From an uncultured Candidatus Saccharibacteria bacterium (lineage in GTDB: Bacteria; Patescibacteriota; Saccharimonadia; Saccharimonadales; EFPC-124), in NCBI GenBank assembly GCA_964405095.1, contig CAYOML010000001.1:23311-87310 (forward strand): 64,000 nt of DNA, read 5' to 3'. Below the pieces are notes generated by a model, which was not told where the DNA came from, ran no database searches, and worked only from the letters and a program-made list of their open reading frames with translations. Of the stretch, positions 56,241 to 64,000 are shown in pieces (position 1 is the first letter of the stretch; each line of letters opens with the position of its first letter). A program made the position numbers and the translations under genes.

Positions 56241-58016
56241 TTGCATGCAATCAGGGTTTACTTTTTAAAAATGAATAAAAGCGTTTATTTGTATTTACTA
56301 CGAACATATGGCCGGATGCCAGGCTACTGGTTGGGCGTGGCAGCAGCCATTGCTCAAACTGTATTGCTCCGAGTGGTGTCGGTAATTATTATCGCTAGGT
56401 TGGCAGGGGATATAGCCTCGGGGAATTTCGCTAGTGCCAAGCTCAATGCTCTGTGGTATTTGGTTGTGTCGCTAATTGGCTTATTATTCCGCTTGCTACG
56501 AGAGTTCGCAGCTGTTCAATCCGAGAATGCCACTTACGGAAAACTGATGGTTAGTTACTATCGAAAGCTTGTTGGCAAAGATATGGCCTTTTACCGAGAC
56601 CACCAAACGGGCTATTTAGCTACTACGTTTCGACAACACGTTGATAGCACCATGGAATTGGTGCGCTTATTCCGCGGCGAAATTGTACAAACCTTTATAT
56701 CGCTGGTTGTTCCGACTGCTGTTTTATTTGTAGCCTCATGGCAATTAGGTTTAACCGCTTTAGCCGTAGTAATCACCCAGATGTTTTACATAATGTGGTC
56801 TTCTTCAAAAACCAACAAATATCGCGCCCGATCTCACGAGATCTACCGAAAAATATCTGGCGTGGTATCCGATGATGTAACAAATATCGTGGCCTACAAA
56901 ACTTCTGGTGCTGTCTCGTCGGCCGCCGCGCGTATGGAAAAATTAGCAGACCAAGAAACAGCTACTTTCTGGGAGCGCCGTAAGTTATTAGCAATATTGG
57001 ATGTGCCACGAGAAGCCATCACCATCATAGGTGTGGCTATTGCATTTTGGTTGATCACTAGCAATGCCGAGTCCACCAGCCAATCTGTTGGGCTAATAGT
57101 ACTTACAACTTCATATATGTTCCAGCTATTTCAAATTATTGGGAATGTACCGGACATAATTGTTCGCCATGACGACCAAGTAACCAGACTCTACCCCACA
57201 ATGGAATATATCTCCGACAAATACGAACAGATTAAAGATCGGCCAAGACCGCTTAAGCTCAAGGTCTTAAAGGCCCAAATCGACTTCGACCATATGTCTT
57301 TTGGATACGTCGGTCAAACAGGCGAAAAATCAAGCATTTTCAAAGACTTTAACTTACACATTAAGGGAGGGGAACAGGTTGGAGTTGTAGGGCTTAGCGG
57401 GGCCGGTAAAAGCACATTGGCTAGTTTGTTAATGCGCTTTGATGATATCGATTCGGGTGCGATTCGTATCGATAACATGGATATAAGGGACGTAAAACAA
57501 GCCGATTTGCGGCAAAACATTGCTTTTGTACCACAAGAGCCATTGCTCTTTCACAGGACTATCCGCGAAAACCTCCAATATTTTGGCAAGGATAAATCCG
57601 AAGCTAACATGATAAGGGCCACCATAGCCGCTCATGCCCACGATTTTATTTCCAAGCTGCCAAATGCTTATGAAACATTAGTAGGAGAACGCGGTATTAA
57701 ACTCAGCGGTGGTCAAAAACAGCGTGTGGTTATTGCCCGCGCCATATTAAAGAACGCACCTATTATGCTTTTCGATGAAGCCACCAGCGCCCTGGATAGC
57801 GAAAGTGAAAAGATTATACAAAAAGCCCTACCTAAGATCCTTGGTAAACGCACAGCAATTGTTATTGCCCACCGTTTGAGCACAGTTTCAGGCTTAGATA
57901 GAATTATCGTTATCAACGACGGGGTCATCATCGAAGACGGTACACACGATGAATTGCTGCGCCTGAAGGGCCAATATTATTCGCTGTGGCAAAAGCAAAC
58001 TGCCCAGCAAGACTAA
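56241..58016 (+). CDS. ABC transporter, fused permease/ATP-binding protein (type I exporter, MsbA-like)
   Basis: 6-TM domain then Walker A GLSGAGKST, signature LSGGQKQR, Walker B MLFDEATSALD. Confidence 0.85.
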   Translation: MHAIRVYFLKMNKSVYLYLLRTYGRMPGYWLGVAAAIAQTVLLRVVSVIIIARLAGDIASGNFASAKLNALWYLVVSLIGLLFRLLREFAAVQSENATYGKLMVSYYRKLVGKDMAFYRDHQTGYLATTFRQHVDSTMELVRLFRGEIVQTFISLVVPTAVLFVASWQLGLTALAVVITQMFYIMWSSSKTNKYRARSHEIYRKISGVVSDDVTNIVAYKTSGAVSSAAARMEKLADQETATFWERRKLLAILDVPREAITIIGVAIAFWLITSNAESTSQSVGLIVLTTSYMFQLFQIIGNVPDIIVRHDDQVTRLYPTMEYISDKYEQIKDRPRPLKLKVLKAQIDFDHMSFGYVGQTGEKSSIFKDFNLHIKGGEQVGVVGLSGAGKSTLASLLMRFDDIDSGAIRIDNMDIRDVKQADLRQNIAFVPQEPLLFHRTIRENLQYFGKDKSEANMIRATIAAHAHDFISKLPNAYETLVGERGIKLSGGQKQRVVIARAILKNAPIMLFDEATSALDSESEKIIQKALPKILGKRTAIVIAHRLSTVSGLDRIIVINDGVIIEDGTHDELLRLKGQYYSLWQKQTAQQD

Positions 58017-58161
58017 CTACCGCTTGCGCACCGGAGCACCACCAGCCATAATAAAGCTTAAGCATTAGCCAAAAGGGGGGCATATCTCTTTCGATAAGAC
58101 AATCTCCGCGTTTTGGTACCGCCGCATTTGTGAAGTCGCACTGCTGATTTCAATTATTATT

Positions 58162-59814
58162 GTGGTTCTGTTTGGTATTGGCAAATTAACCGGCGATCCA
58201 TCATCATCTATAGCCGGGACACTTAACGTGCCATTGTCAGCGCTACTTTCGGCTCTTGTAACTTGCGGAATGGGCATATATGTCTACTTCCTCTCTAAAC
58301 AGAATAATTCGTATCTGTTGGCGCTATTGACGTACTTATCTACCGCGATCACAATTTCGCTGCTCATTGTTTCTACTGGCGGCACTTGGTCACCGTTTAT
58401 TGCTATCTGGCTGTTAGTGGGAGTCTTTGCCGGTTTATTCGGCTGGTGGGTATGGGGCGGGATGTGGTTGGCCGCCAACGCCTATGTTGTGTTTGAATTG
58501 TTCTTCTTACATCCCGGGGTAAGTGGCGGGAGATTGCTCGAAATGATAATGGCAGCCGAGGCGCCGTTAGTTGCCAGCTATATACTTTGGCATTCCAAGA
58601 CAAAACGCGAAAAAGCACGCGACGCCCAGTCGGTAACTAAGTTGACTGCGCAGTTGTCCGAAGTTGCCAGCAAATCCGACATTGTGATTAATTCGATCGC
58701 CGACGGCGTGGTAGCCATTGATGCTTCTGGTACAGTGCAGCTTATTAACCCCGCTGGCCAGACATTATTAGGTTGGCCCGGCCAGGACGCTATTGGGCTC
58801 GATTATCGCTCGGTTGTTAAACTGACAGACACCAAAGGCAATCCCGTGCCCGACGATTTTTCACCTATCCACCAGGTGTTGATATCGCACAAACCACTCA
58901 TCAATAACGATCTTGAGTTACAGACAAAGTCGGGTAAAAGGCTCCTAATTTCACTGGTAATTTCGCCAGTTGGTGAAGGCGGCACGGCCGCTGGCGGAGC
59001 AATTGCCGTTTTTCGCGATATCACCGGTGAAAAGGAAGAGGAGCGTCAAAAAGCCGAATTCATTAGCACTGCCAGCCACGAAATGCGCACACCAGTGGCA
59101 GCCATCGAAGGCTATCTGGGACTAGCCATGAACCCGGCGACCGCCGTCATCGACGACAAGGCGCGTTCTTATCTGTTAAAGGCACATGAATCTACCCAAC
59201 ATCTAGGACGTTTGTTCCAGGATTTGCTGACAGTTTCGAAAGCCGAGGACGCGCGACTAGTGCCGCGGCCAACCGTCATTGATATTGTTGGTTTGACCCG
59301 CGAAATCTGTACTGGCCTCCAACAAAAAGCCAAAGACAAGGGTGTCTTTTTGTCTTTCAAACCTGGTGAACACGACACCGAAGGCAACCGCAAAATCGCC
59401 CCAGTATACTACGGCTATGCCGACCAAGATCAAATCCGTGAGGTTCTTAACAACCTGGTGGATAACGCCGTAAAATATACCAAGCAAGGGAGTGCCGCGG
59501 TGGATATTACGGGCACCGACGAAGCGGTCACAGTTAGTGTCACCGACACTGGCATCGGCATCCCACCCGAAGACGTACCGCATTTATTCCAAAAATTCTA
59601 TCGCGTAGATAACACCGACACCCGCGAGATCGGCGGCACCGGCTTGGGATTATATATTTCGCGTCGCCTAATCGAAGCTAATAATGGCCATATCGGCGTT
59701 AACAGCACCTACGGCAAGGGTAGCACGTTTTATGTTCAGCTACCTCGGATAAGTCACGACCAAGCCAATGCGATTATTAACGCCTCGGCGGCTACCCAAC
59801 CTCGAGCGGTATAG
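58162..59814 (+). CDS. sensor histidine kinase with polytopic membrane N-terminus and a PAS-like domain
   Basis: HisKA STASHEMRTPVAAIEGY; HATPase_c NLVDNAVKYT, DTGIGIP, GTGLGLYISR. Confidence 0.85.
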   Translation: MVLFGIGKLTGDPSSSIAGTLNVPLSALLSALVTCGMGIYVYFLSKQNNSYLLALLTYLSTAITISLLIVSTGGTWSPFIAIWLLVGVFAGLFGWWVWGGMWLAANAYVVFELFFLHPGVSGGRLLEMIMAAEAPLVASYILWHSKTKREKARDAQSVTKLTAQLSEVASKSDIVINSIADGVVAIDASGTVQLINPAGQTLLGWPGQDAIGLDYRSVVKLTDTKGNPVPDDFSPIHQVLISHKPLINNDLELQTKSGKRLLISLVISPVGEGGTAAGGAIAVFRDITGEKEEERQKAEFISTASHEMRTPVAAIEGYLGLAMNPATAVIDDKARSYLLKAHESTQHLGRLFQDLLTVSKAEDARLVPRPTVIDIVGLTREICTGLQQKAKDKGVFLSFKPGEHDTEGNRKIAPVYYGYADQDQIREVLNNLVDNAVKYTKQGSAAVDITGTDEAVTVSVTDTGIGIPPEDVPHLFQKFYRVDNTDTREIGGTGLGLYISRRLIEANNGHIGVNSTYGKGSTFYVQLPRISHDQANAIINASAATQPRAV

Positions 59815-59838
59815 ATTTTTTACAAAGGAGCAACTACA

Positions 59839-60621
59839 ATGGGAAGCAATATGACAAAAATCATGCTCGTCGAGGACGATAAGAGCCTGCGCGAAATTTA
59901 CGGCGTTAGGCTGCTCGCCGAAGGTTACGACATTGTTTCGGCCGGTGACGGTGAAGAAGCTTTAGCTATGGCCATCAAAGAACGTCCTAAACTGATTATC
60001 ACCGATGTTATGATGCCAAAAATCAGCGGTTTCGACATGCTCGATATTCTGCGTTCGACCACTGAAACCAAAGAAATTAAGATTATCATGATGACTGCTC
60101 TTAGCTCCGATGACCAACGGGCGCGCGGCGAGCAAATGGGCGCCGACCGCTACTTGGTAAAATCTCAGGTTGGCATCGAAGATGTTGTGCGTGTAGTTCA
60201 CGAGGTGCTAGGGGATAGTGCTGCCAAGAGCCCAGTACCACCGCCAGCCTCTCCAACTGCCGGTCCGCCATCGAGCCCAGCAGCTGCGTTAACACCTACA
60301 CCTGCCGCTCCTGCCTCTCCAACTGCCGGTCCAGCTCAGCCCAGCCCAGCGCCAGCTCCGTTGCCAACCACTCAACCGCCACATGTAATGCCGCCGGTTA
60401 ATTCCAGCTCAGCAACGCCTGCCTCAACTAAACAGCGGATTATCCAGCCAATTACTGCCCCTCAGGCGGCCGTCAATATCGATGACCTACTCAACCGCGA
60501 ACTAGCCCGAGAATCTGGAACAACGTCTGCGCCGCCAGCTCCGCCAACCCCGCCGCCAGCTCCAGCCAGCAGCGCAGCTCCGCCTGATTTGCCACTGCCA
60601 CCACAACCACCAGCTGCTTAA
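59839..60621 (+). CDS. response regulator receiver domain with a Pro/Ala/Ser-rich repetitive C-terminal tail (no recognisable output domain)
   Basis: receiver motifs (VEDD, ITDVMMPK, MMTA, YLVKS); tail has repeats ASPTAGPPSSPAA / ASPTAGPAQPSPAPAP; the likely start is MTKIMLVEDD at 59851. Confidence 0.75.
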   Translation: MGSNMTKIMLVEDDKSLREIYGVRLLAEGYDIVSAGDGEEALAMAIKERPKLIITDVMMPKISGFDMLDILRSTTETKEIKIIMMTALSSDDQRARGEQMGADRYLVKSQVGIEDVVRVVHEVLGDSAAKSPVPPPASPTAGPPSSPAAALTPTPAAPASPTAGPAQPSPAPAPLPTTQPPHVMPPVNSSSATPASTKQRIIQPITAPQAAVNIDDLLNRELARESGTTSAPPAPPTPPPAPASSAAPPDLPLPPQPPAA

Positions 60622-61314
60622 ATGCCTGACGACACCGTTCGACTCAATAAATTTATTGCCTCACAGCTTAGCCTCGGCCGACGCGCGGCTGACGATTTAA
60701 TTGCAGTCGGTAAAGTTACAATCAACAATGACGTCGCCAAGCTAGGTGCACGTGTGCATAGCGGTGATGTCGTTAGTGTTAACGGTAAAGCCCTCAACCA
60801 TGCGTCACAGGGCTTTTTGTACGTGCTGATGGACAAACCAACAGGCTACGTATGCAGTCGTCGCCAGCAGGGCGATGTGCCAACCATCTATAGTCTCTTG
60901 CCGCCAGAGTACCAACACCTTAAAACTGTTGGCCGACTCGATAAAGACTCATCGGGGCTTATTTTACTAACTAACGACGGCGATTTAGCCCATCGTTTAA
61001 CCCACCCAAGCTTTATTAAAATCAAAATATACGAGGTAACACTAGATAAGCCGCTCGAGCCGCTTCATCATCAAATGATCAATGATCACGGTGTCGAACT
61101 GCCAGATGGCAACAGTAAACTAAGTCTGGAACGCCAGACAGAAGGCGACGATACTTCTTGGATTGTTACCATGCACCAAGGCAGAAACCGCCAGATCAGA
61201 CGTACATTTGCCGCCCTCGGCTATCTTGTCACAAAACTGCGTCGCACTCAGTTCGGTGTATATAAAATCTCGGACCTTCGTAACCAACAGTTTGCAACCA
61301 CGACTAAGAGCTAA
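60622..61314 (+). CDS. pseudouridine synthase, RsuA/RluB family (S4 domain plus catalytic domain)
   Basis: S4-like N-terminus (RLNKFIA...); catalytic Asp motif GRLDKDSSGLILLTNDG. Confidence 0.8.
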   Translation: MPDDTVRLNKFIASQLSLGRRAADDLIAVGKVTINNDVAKLGARVHSGDVVSVNGKALNHASQGFLYVLMDKPTGYVCSRRQQGDVPTIYSLLPPEYQHLKTVGRLDKDSSGLILLTNDGDLAHRLTHPSFIKIKIYEVTLDKPLEPLHHQMINDHGVELPDGNSKLSLERQTEGDDTSWIVTMHQGRNRQIRRTFAALGYLVTKLRRTQFGVYKISDLRNQQFATTTKS

Positions 61315-61376
61315 TTAGGCCTGCATAAATGGCCTCTGGGCCACATCTGGTCATCTTAATGGTATAATCCAAACTG

Positions 61377-62708
61377 ATGAACAAAAAACTCCAAACAGTG
61401 GCCATTGTAGGCCAGACCAATGTTGGCAAGTCCAGCCTGTTTAACCGACTGGTCGGCTCGCAACAGGCGATTGTGGCCCGCGAGGCCGGCACCACCCGCG
61501 ACAGAGTAGTAGGCAAGGTAGTTTTTGGCGACCATACTTTTTGGTTAGTCGATACTGCGGGGCTAAAAGACCCAGCTGACGAATTCGAGGCGACCATACA
61601 AGAACAAATTGATGATGCCACGGCCTCTGCCGATGTAATATTAGTAGTTAGCGACGCCACCACAATTATTACCGAAGACGACCGTACAGTCGCTAAAAAA
61701 GCCCTGAAATCACGTAAACCTGTTCTATTAGTCCTTAATAAGACCGACAAAGGCGAGGCTTTGCCTAACGAAGACTTTCTGCGCCTGGGCATCAAAAATA
61801 TCTACCGCACGAGTGCTGAACACGGCAGTGGCGTCCACGAACTATTAGAAGCGATTACTGGCCACTTACCACCCGCAAAGGATTTGCCTGATGACAATAC
61901 TCTGCGTATAGCCCTGATCGGTCGGCCGAATGTCGGCAAATCTTATCTGTTAAACACGCTAGCTGGCAAACAGGAAGCAATTGTGGCTGATGTTGCCGGC
62001 ACAACGCGGGACATTAACCGTGTGCGTACCCGTTTCCACCAGCGCGATGTAGAATTACTCGATACGGCCGGTATCCGCCGCAGTGGCAAAGTCGAAGTTG
62101 GCGTCGAAAAGTTTAGCGTGCTTCGTAGCCTAAGCGCCATTGAAGAAGCCGATGTTTGTCTGTTGCTTATGGACGTAAACGAACTTGGCGTGGCTCTCGA
62201 CCAAAAGCTAGCCGGTATCATAAAAGAAGCTGGCAAAGGCCTAGTACTGGTGGTCAGTAAATGGGACAGCCTTGAAGATAAAACACCTTTTAGTCGCGAC
62301 GAGCTTGCCAAAAAAATCATCAGCGACTTTCAGCACACACCCTGGGCGCCACTCATCTTTACCAGTGCTATAACCGGGCAAAATGTTTCTAAATTATTCG
62401 AGCTTGCCACCGAAATCGATACCCGTCGCAATCAGCAGTTGAGAACTGTTGAGCTCAATAAGATTCTGCAAGAAACTGTTGCCAGCCATCCGCCTGCTGG
62501 CTTGAAAAACACACATCCGCGATTGCGTTATATGGTGCAAACCGATGTCAAACCACCTTGGTTTGTTATTTTTGGTAGCCACCTGCGCTTTTTGCACTGG
62601 AGCTACAAACGCCACCTGGAACACGTCATGCGCGATCATTACGATTTTACTGGTACGCCTATCAAGTTTAGTTTCCGCGAGGAAAAAGATAAGCAAGAGA
62701 AAGATTAG
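61377..62708 (+). CDS. der: ribosome-biogenesis GTPase Der (EngA), two tandem GTPase domains plus KH-like C-terminus
   Basis: two P-loops GQTNVGKSS and GRPNVGKSY, each with DTAG and NKxD motifs. Confidence 0.9.
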   Translation: MNKKLQTVAIVGQTNVGKSSLFNRLVGSQQAIVAREAGTTRDRVVGKVVFGDHTFWLVDTAGLKDPADEFEATIQEQIDDATASADVILVVSDATTIITEDDRTVAKKALKSRKPVLLVLNKTDKGEALPNEDFLRLGIKNIYRTSAEHGSGVHELLEAITGHLPPAKDLPDDNTLRIALIGRPNVGKSYLLNTLAGKQEAIVADVAGTTRDINRVRTRFHQRDVELLDTAGIRRSGKVEVGVEKFSVLRSLSAIEEADVCLLLMDVNELGVALDQKLAGIIKEAGKGLVLVVSKWDSLEDKTPFSRDELAKKIISDFQHTPWAPLIFTSAITGQNVSKLFELATEIDTRRNQQLRTVELNKILQETVASHPPAGLKNTHPRLRYMVQTDVKPPWFVIFGSHLRFLHWSYKRHLEHVMRDHYDFTGTPIKFSFREEKDKQEKD

Positions 62709-63199
62709 CGCTGGTTGCCAGCACCGACCAAATGTTTAGTAAGCAGCAATGCATCAGGCTGCGGACCAAGCCTGGCACTTCCAGATATCTCGCTTGGACC
62801 AGCCGATGTGATTGGAAAATGCTCGATGGCTAATAAGCCGAGTCGGTGAAAAACAATTTCCACAGCTTGTCTATCAGCACCAAGAACTATCTCTGAGCCA
62901 TCTGGGAACTTTAGATTGCCGTTCTCGTCGAGCTCAGGCCCTTCTTTGTCTACCCATACTACTTGGCGCTGTGCAAACTGTGTCTCGCCCGAAGCCGCCA
63001 GCGGGTCATAATGCTCGGCAGCGCTTATGGCCAACCGGCCTCTGCCCTTGAAAGAGGCAAAACCGGCATCGCCCTCAACATGCGCGTATGAACCATCTAC
63101 AAAACTTAAGCCCTGTGGACCACACCGACGCGGTATTTTCTGATCCCAAACAACAAAAAGGCCATTCTCCAACTGGTGCGAATGAGACAGATCAGGCAT
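62705..63199 (-). CDS. hypothetical protein
   Basis: ORF track only. Confidence 0.3.
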   Translation of the reverse strand: MPDLSHSHQLENGLFVVWDQKIPRRCGPQGLSFVDGSYAHVEGDAGFASFKGRGRLAISAAEHYDPLAASGETQFAQRQVVWVDKEGPELDENGNLKFPDGSEIVLGADRQAVEIVFHRLGLLAIEHFPITSAGPSEISGSARLGPQPDALLLTKHLVGAGNQR

Positions 63200-63379
63200 C
63201 CAAATCCTTGTTTATTTCTGAGTAATAAATGAGAAAACAAAGCCATCGTAATGCAAACGCCAGCGAGAGTCAAACGGCATCCAGGCAGTTAGGGAGGAAA
63301 GTGTGGATCAGGTAAAGTGCTTTTCAATAACTAGCTTATATGCTAGAATCATTGCATAGTATAAGGTTAAGGAGTCCCA

Positions 63380-63616
63380 ATGGCATCTCCATCAGGTTCT
63401 GAGGTTTTAAGAATTGATCCAATCCGACTTGAGGACGGCACTTTTGCTCCCGGCTATAGAATTCCTGATGGTGGGAGCGTGCATTTCGAGCAAGCACCAG
63501 GATATCGTCATCCTGCTAGTAACATAGCAAAATTGGCGATACTTGAATCAGGTGCACTTGCTGATTGTGATGTAGTGGTAATCGCTGAACCGCCCGATCT
63601 GTTGCTGCCCACATAA
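63380..63616 (+). CDS. small hypothetical protein
   Basis: ORF track; SD AAGGAG 8 nt upstream of the ATG supports translation. Confidence 0.35.
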   Translation: MASPSGSEVLRIDPIRLEDGTFAPGYRIPDGGSVHFEQAPGYRHPASNIAKLAILESGALADCDVVVIAEPPDLLLPT

Positions 63617-63677
63617 CGAAGTGTTAGTGCCAGATCGGGCGGTTGTCTGGTCAGGCATTTACTGCCATACTACTGGT

Positions 63678-64000
63678 GTGAAACTTATCGTTGGTCTTGG
63701 CAATATCGGTCCAAACTATGAAGGTACGCGGCATAATGTTGGTTTTATGGCAGTCGAAGCCCTGGCAAGTAAATTTGAGCTGCCTTGGCAAACCAAAGAT
63801 AAATTTAAGGCAAGTATAGCCGAAGGTACATTGCACAACCAAAAGGTGCTACTTGCCAAACCAACAACTTATTACAATTTATCGGGCGAAGTAGCACAGG
63901 CCATACAACACTTCTACAAGCTAGGAAACGACGATATCCTAGTCATCCACGACGAACTGGCCCTACCACTCGGCACTGTTCGCGCTCGGATCGGTGGGTC
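63678..64000 (+). CDS. pth: peptidyl-tRNA hydrolase (5' part; continues beyond the window)
   Basis: GTG start; conserved IVGLGNIGPNYEGTRHNVGF N-terminal motif. Confidence 0.8.
   Translation, partial: MKLIVGLGNIGPNYEGTRHNVGFMAVEALASKFELPWQTKDKFKASIAEGTLHNQKVLLAKPTTYYNLSGEVAQAIQHFYKLGNDDILVIHDELALPLGTVRARIGG

Overview
This 64 kb window is bacterial chromosome, about 50% GC, dense with genes on both strands. Housekeeping genes predominate: a complete F-type ATP synthase operon (atpBEFHAGDC, minus strand), argS, gltX, der, smpB, pyrH, xth, a partial pth, a UvrD-type helicase-nuclease, three tRNAs (Gln-TTG, Leu-CAA, Glu-CTC), two two-component systems, an ABC exporter, a sortase, glycosyltransferases and several Nudix/HAD/HIT hydrolases. 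The sortase, the recurring leaderless extended -10 promoters and the streamlined metabolism are compatible with a small-genome Gram-positive-type or Patescibacteria/Saccharibacteria-like organism, but I cannot confirm taxonomy from sequence alone. Several things stand out from the ordinary: (1) three copies of a roughly 140-150 bp nested palindromic element (AT-rich outer inverted repeat, GC-rich middle inverted repeat, AT-rich inner inverted repeat around a conserved GAAATAC-like centre) at 18.6, 36.3 and 37.5 kb; the middle stem sequence differs between copies but each copy stays self-complementary, as a structured RNA or cruciform family would; (2) a compact enzyme cluster at 7.2-14.9 kb (divergent SHMT-family enzyme, class I/II aminotransferase, stand-alone GTP cyclohydrolase II, ALS-like TPP enzyme, APH/ChoK-type kinase, HAD phosphatase, PAP2-like membrane protein) behind a leaderless promoter overlapped by a perfect 8-4-8 palindromic operator, which looks like a small biosynthetic gene cluster; (3) a 537-aa protein with a C-terminal caspase/CHAT-like His-Cys dyad next to tRNA-Glu; (4) tandem paralogs fusing an N-terminal winged-helix domain to a Nudix domain; (5) a collagen-like GXY-repeat surface protein; (6) a high-GC 57-codon ORF with a canonical promoter and perfect SD that contrasts with its surroundings; (7) a 43-aa Cys-rich peptide with its own promoter followed by a perfect 16-bp hairpin. 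No CRISPR array, rRNA, transposase or integrase is visible.
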